Assembly: GCA_964016885.1 (NCBI GenBank)
Contig: OZ024740.1
Span: 40,548,001-40,612,000, forward strand
Source of the DNA: Eledone cirrhosa
Taxonomy: Eukaryota
DNA: 64,000 bases
Reading direction: 5' to 3'
The position numbers and the translations under genes were made by a program. The number at the start of each line of letters is the position of its first letter. Position 1 is the first letter of the stretch. Of this stretch, positions 58,201-64,000 are shown piece by piece. The notes below the pieces were generated by a model. The model was not told the DNA's origin and searched no databases. It saw nothing but the letters and a program-made list of their open reading frames with translations.

Positions 58201-61200
58201 ACAACTACTAATTTGTCTTGTTAATTATATATATTACCATACCAACATTCTCATTACAGTGATATTATCAAAATCTTGAAACATAAGAAAATGCTATATA
58301 CTAAATTGAAATTTCATTTCATTGTCTGAGTAAAATATTCAATTTACAGAAAATTAACCTCAGAAGTTAAGAATAAAAAATTAAAAGATTTTATTATCTT
58401 ACTGATAGTTGTATTTTCCTTTAATGTCGATCACATCTGCCAATAAATGAAACACAGAAACACACACACAAACTCATTTTTAACACAAAGTTAAGCTAGG
58501 AAACACTTGTGAGAAATATATTCAAATCTAAAGAATTATGGTTTTTATGTAGAAATTAGAATACACTTACATTAATTTTTCCAACTAGTCCAATACCTTA
58601 AATGAATCAGTTGTAGAGACAAAAAAAAATATCCATAACCTTTACAGTTATGTATTGACAATATATTCTGTATTTACTAAACGATTACAAAACTATGGTT
58701 TAAATATTCCTTAAACTATCAATTTAACATTTCAAAAGACCAACAGAAAATAGAAATGAAGATGTCTTATCTGATGGAAATATTCTACTTTGCCCTTTTC
58801 ATGTCAGCATTATATCTGCCAAGGATAAAAAATTACACAAACACACACACATATGCAGTCAAAAAGGCTACATCAATTTTAATGCACAGAAAAGCAATTT
58901 CATGTTATATTAAAATTGTTTATCATTTTACATTCCATGTTCAAGTTATACTGACATTCACTAAAGTTGGAAAACAGTTTCATACCAGCACAATTTCAAT
59001 CTTTCTGCCTTGAATCCACATCATTTCTCTAAACACTTTCCATTTTCAGTACCTAAACCTTTTCTGTGAAACAAATAGAGCAGGTTTTCCGAAACACTAC
59101 AAACTAGTTGAAAGGAAAGAATTCTTTCTTACACTACAATATTCAAATATATTATTTCAACAACAAACCTACATGTATAATATAATACATATCAAGAGTC
59201 ATTCTATACAGATAATATCTATACTACAATGAGACACAAAATGTTTATGTTATAATTACAGAAGCATGTTATTTTAAGATGAAAATGTTTAATCTGAAAT
59301 TAATTTACATCAATGAAAAATAGAAATTCACAATCACAGAATCAAAATTTATCATACATATTAATCATGCAAGAAATGTGAAGTAAAAAAAAAATTAATT
59401 CACAAAAACAAATATTTAGCTTATCTTTGTTGGCTTTCATGTATTTTGTGTTATATTGTTGATCACATCTGTCAAGAAACAAAATAGAGAGAAACACACA
59501 CACACACACACACACACATACATATATATATTTTAAACATTCTTATAATGAATGTGAATTATATCTAAAATGTTAAGAATTATAACTTTCAAGTAGAAAA
59601 CTGAAAAACACTTACAGGAAACTTTCAAACTACTCCAATTCCTTAAATGAGAATAATTTAGGAGAAAAACAATCTTATAACCTACATACGTAGAAAAGAA
59701 TTAGGAAATTTGTTTTTTTCACATATCTATCAAGGACATTATATAAAATATTTACTTTAACACACCAAAAGACCAATAGTTAATAGAGAGGAAGGAAAAA
59801 CATCTTAGCTTAGTGAACGGTTCTATCTGATCTCCTGTATGTCATCTTTACATCTGCTAATGATAGAAACTTACATACATAGCCAGAAAATAATAATATA
59901 CTTAGAAGTCAATAATTTCACTGTTATATTGATATTATATATTATTTGGCATTCACACATACTAATAGAAAAGAATTGATCATACCGCACAATTTCAATG
60001 CTTCTATCTTCAATCCATTGGATCTTGAAAAACTGCCATTATTATTGCCTAAATATTTTGGGTAAAACAAAGCATGTTTTCCTAAGCACTGCATCTTATA
60101 TATCAACTGATAAGTAAAACTTGCTACTTACAGAGTAATATTCACCTTAGTTTTGTATGCTGGAATTAAAGTGTTTACAAAACAAGCCAAAATTGATGAT
60201 GTGCAACACATGACAACTACTAATTTGTCTTGTTAATTATATATATTACCATACCAACATTCTCATTACAGTGATATTATCAAAATCTTGAAACATAAGA
60301 AAATGCTATATACTAAATTGAAATTTCATTTCATTGTCTGAGTAAAATATTCAATTTACAGAAAATTAACCTCAGAAGTTAAGAATAAAAAATTAAAAGA
60401 TTTTATTATCTTACTGATAGTTGTATTTTCCTTTAATGTCGATCACATCTGCCAATAAATGAAACACAGAAACACACACACAAACTCATTTTTAACACAA
60501 AGTTAAGCTAGGAAACACTTGTGAGAAATATATTCAAATCTAAAGAATTATGGTTTTTATGTAGAAATTAGAATACACTTACATTAATTTTTCCAACTAG
60601 TCCAATACCTTAAATGAATCAGTTGTAGAGACAAAAAAAAATATCCATAACCTTTACAGTTATGTATTGACAATATATTCTGTATTTACTAAACGATTAC
60701 AAAACTATGGTTTAAATATTCCTTAAACTATCAATTTAACATTACAAAAGACCAACAGAAAATAGAAATGAAGATGTCTTATCTGATGGAAATATTCTAC
60801 TTTGCCCTTTTCATGTCAGCATTATATCTGCCAAGGATAAAAAATTACACAAACACACACACATATGCAGTCAAAAAGGCTACATCAATTTTAATGCACA
60901 GAAAAGCAATTTCATGTTATATTAAAATTGTTTATCATTTTACATTCCATGTTCAAGTTATACTGACATTCACTAAAGTTGGAAAACAGTTTCATACCAG
61001 CACAATTTCAATCTTTCTGCCTTGAATCCACATCATTTCTCTAAACACTTTCCATTTTCAGTACCTAAACCTTTTCTGTGAAACAAATAGAGCATGTTTT
61101 CCGAAACACTACAAACTAGTTGAAAGGAAAGAAATCTTTCTTACACTACAATATTCAAATATATTATTTCAACAACAAACCTACATGTATAATATAATAC

Positions 61201-64000
61201 ATATCAAGAGTCATTCTATACAGATAATATCTATACTACAATGAGACACAAAATGTTTATGTTATAATTACAGAAGCATGTTATTTTAAGATGAAAATGT
61301 TTAATCTGAAATTAATTTACATCAATGAAAAATAGAAATTCACAATCACAGAATCAAAATTTATCATACATATTAATCATGCAAGAAATGTGAAGTAAAA
61401 AAAAAATTAATTCACAAAAACAAATATTTAGCTTATCTTTGTTGGCTTTCATGTATTTTGTGTTATATTGTTGATCACATCTGTCAAGAAACAAAATAGA
61501 GAGAAACAGACACACACACACACACACACATACATATATATATTTTAAACATTCTTATAATGAATGTGAATTATATCTAAAATGTTAAGAATTATAACTT
61601 TCAAGTAGAAAACTGAAAAACACTTACAGTAAACTTTCAAACTACTCCAATTCCTTAAATGAGAATAATTTAGGAGAAAAACAATCTTATAACCTACATA
61701 CGTAGAAAAGAATTAGGAAATTTGTTTTTTTCACATATCGATCAAGGACATTATATAAAATATTTACTTTAACACACCAAAAGACCAATAGTTAATAGAG
61801 AGGAAGGAAAAACATCTTAGCTTAGTGAACGGTTCTATCTGATCTCCTGTATGTCATCTTTACATCTGCTAATGATAGAAACTTACATACATAGCCAGAA
61901 AATAATAATATACTTAGAAGTCAATAATTTCACTGTTATATTGATATTATATATTATTTGGCATTCACACATACTAATAGAAAAGAATTGATCATACCGC
62001 ACAATTTCAATGCTTCTATCTTCAATCCATTGGATCTTGAAAAACTGCCATTATTATTGCCTAAATATTTTGGGTAAAACAAAGCATGTTTTCCTAAGCA
62101 CTGCATCTTATATATCAACTGATAAGTAAAACTTGCTACTTACAGAGTAATATTCACCTTAGTTTTGTATGCTGGAATTAAAGTGTTTACAAAACAAGCC
62201 AAAATTGATGATGTGCAACACATGACAACTACTAATTTGTCTTGTTAATTATATATATTACCATACCAACATTCTCATTACAGTGATATTATCAAAATCT
62301 TGAAACATAAGAAAATGCTATATACTAAATTGAAATTTCATTTCATTGTCTGAGTAAAATATTCAATTTACAGAAAATTAACCTCAGAAGTTAAGAATAA
62401 AAAATTAAAAGATTTTATTATCTTACTGATAGTTGTATTTTCCTTTAATGTCGATCACATCTGCCAATAAATGAAACACAGAAACACACACACAAACTCA
62501 TTTTTAACACAAAGTTAAGCTAGGAAACACTTGTGAGAAATATATTCAAATCTAAAGAATTATGGTTTTTATGTAGAAATTAGAATACACTTACATTAAT
62601 TTTTCCAACTAGTCCAATACCTTAAATGAATCAGTTGTAGAGACAAAAAAAAATATCCATAACCTTTACAGTTATGTATTGACAATATATTCTGTATTTA
62701 CTAAACGATTACAAAACTATGGTTTAAATATTCCTTAAACTATCAATTTAACATTTCAAAAGACCAACAGAAAATAGAAATGAAGATGTCTTATCTGATG
62801 GAAATATTCTACTTTGCCCTTTTCATGTCAGCATTATATCTGCCAAGGATAAAAAATTACACAAACACACACACATATGCAGTCAAAAAGGCTACATCAA
62901 TTTTAATGCACAGAAAAGCAATTTCATGTTATATTAAAATTGTTTATCATTTTACATTCCATGTTCAAGTTATACTGACATTCACTAAAGTTGGAAAACA
63001 GTTTCATACCAGCACAATTTCAATCTTTCTGCCTTGAATCCACATCATTTCTCTAAACACTTTCCATTTTCAGTACCTAAACCTTTTCTGTGAAACAAAT
63101 AGAGCATGTTTTCCGAAACACTACAAACTAGTTGAAAGGAAAGAATTCTTTCTTACACTACAATATTCAAATATATTATTTCAACAACAAACCTACATGT
63201 ATAATATAATACATATCAAGAGTCATTCTATACAGATAATATCTATACTACAATGAGACACAAAATGTTTATGTTATAATTACAGAAGCATGTTATTTTA
63301 AGATGAAAATGTTTAATCTGAAATTAATTTACATCAATGAAAAATAGAAATTCACAATCACAGAATCAAAATTTATCATACATATTAATCATGCAAGAAA
63401 TGTGAAGTAAAAAAAAAATTAATTCACAAAAACAAATATTTAGCTTATCTTTGTTGGCTTTCATGTATTTTGTGTTATATTGTTGATCACATCTGTCAAG
63501 AAACAAAATAGAGAGAAACACACACACACACACACACACACATACATATATATATTTTAAACATTCTTATAATGAATGTGAATTATATCTAAAATGTTAA
63601 GAATTATAACTTTCAAGTAGAAAACTGAAAAACACTTACAGGAAACTTTCAAACTACTCCAATTCCTTAAATGAGAATAATTTAGGAGAAAAACAATCTT
63701 ATAACCTACATACGTAGAAAAGAATTAGGAAATTTGTTTTTTTCACATATCTATCAAGGACATTATATAAAATATTTACTTTAACACACCAAAAGACCAA
63801 TAGTTAATAGAGAGGAAGGAAAAACATCTTAGCTTAGTGAACGGTTCTATCTGATCTCCTGTATGTCATCTTTACATCTGCTAATGATAGAAACTTACAT
63901 ACATAGCCAGAAAATAATAATATACTTAGAAGTCAATAATTTCACTGTTATATTGATATTATATATTATTTGGCATTCACACATACTAATAGAAAAGAAT
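52287..64000. repeat. Second, partial copy of the higher-order block (D-A-A-C'-A-C), cut by the window end
   Basis: All ten diagnostic sites in each of six consecutive units match those from 32167 onward. Confidence 0.75.

Larger units (their letters stand above)
1..64000. repeat. Tandem macrosatellite-like array, ~2,012-bp unit, ~31.8 copies, running off both window ends
   Basis: The unit start (tgtctgagtaaaatattc or a 1-nt variant) recurs at 1, 2019, 4031, 6023, 8029, 10038, 12050, 14062, 16074, 18086, 20098, 22110, 24121, 26133, 28143, 30153, 32167, then every 2,012 bp to 62347. The same 85-aa ORF recurs with this period. Units differ at only about 10 recurrent SNPs, a few private changes and microsatellite length. 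Confidence 0.99.
1..64000 (-). pseudogene. Amplified intron/micro-exon block of an unidentified spliced gene (vestigial, or part of a spliced non-coding or repeat-coding transcript), 10 exon-like cassettes per unit
   Basis: Per unit, ten minus-strand segments lie between a pyrimidine-rich ...AG acceptor and a GTAAG/GTATG donor (3 donors have a mutated +1 base). They are separated by ~80-260-nt AT-rich intron-like gaps. Splice signals and cassette lengths are conserved between the two diverged halves (26/26, 45/45, 67/63 nt). The minus strand is T/G-rich, as expected for a sense strand. There is no continuous ORF when all cassettes are joined. Pseudogene status is inference. Confidence 0.6.

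Noticed and set aside
1-64000. CRISPR array, rDNA/5S/tRNA/snRNA/histone tandem cluster, or tandem transposon
   Set aside because: There are no short repeats with unique spacers, no recognisable structural RNA or histone sequence, and no terminal repeats, transposase or RT coding.

Overview
The whole 64 kb window is one head-to-tail tandem array of about 32 near-identical units of ~2,012 bp (range 1,992-2,018). It is very AT-rich and CpG-poor, carries (CA)n microsatellites and looks like eukaryotic, probably animal, nuclear DNA. I found no recognisable intact gene, RNA gene, transposon or CRISPR array. The repeated 85-aa ORF looks incidental. The unit is not featureless satellite. It is an ancient dimer of two diverged ~1 kb halves. 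On the minus strand each half carries five short segments (26-67 nt) bounded by spliceosomal signals (pyrimidine tract + AG ... GTAAG/GTATG). That gives 10 micro-exon-like cassettes per unit and more than 300 in the window: 7 per unit have canonical GT donors and 3 have a mutated +1 base. Joining all of them gives no open frame, but some subsets stay open indefinitely (a 63-nt exon alone; a 26+34-nt pair). Ten recurrent SNP sites sort the units into haplotypes and reveal recombinant units and a 10-unit (20,120 bp) higher-order periodicity in the right half. I could not identify the source gene or organism. All alignments and typing were done by eye.
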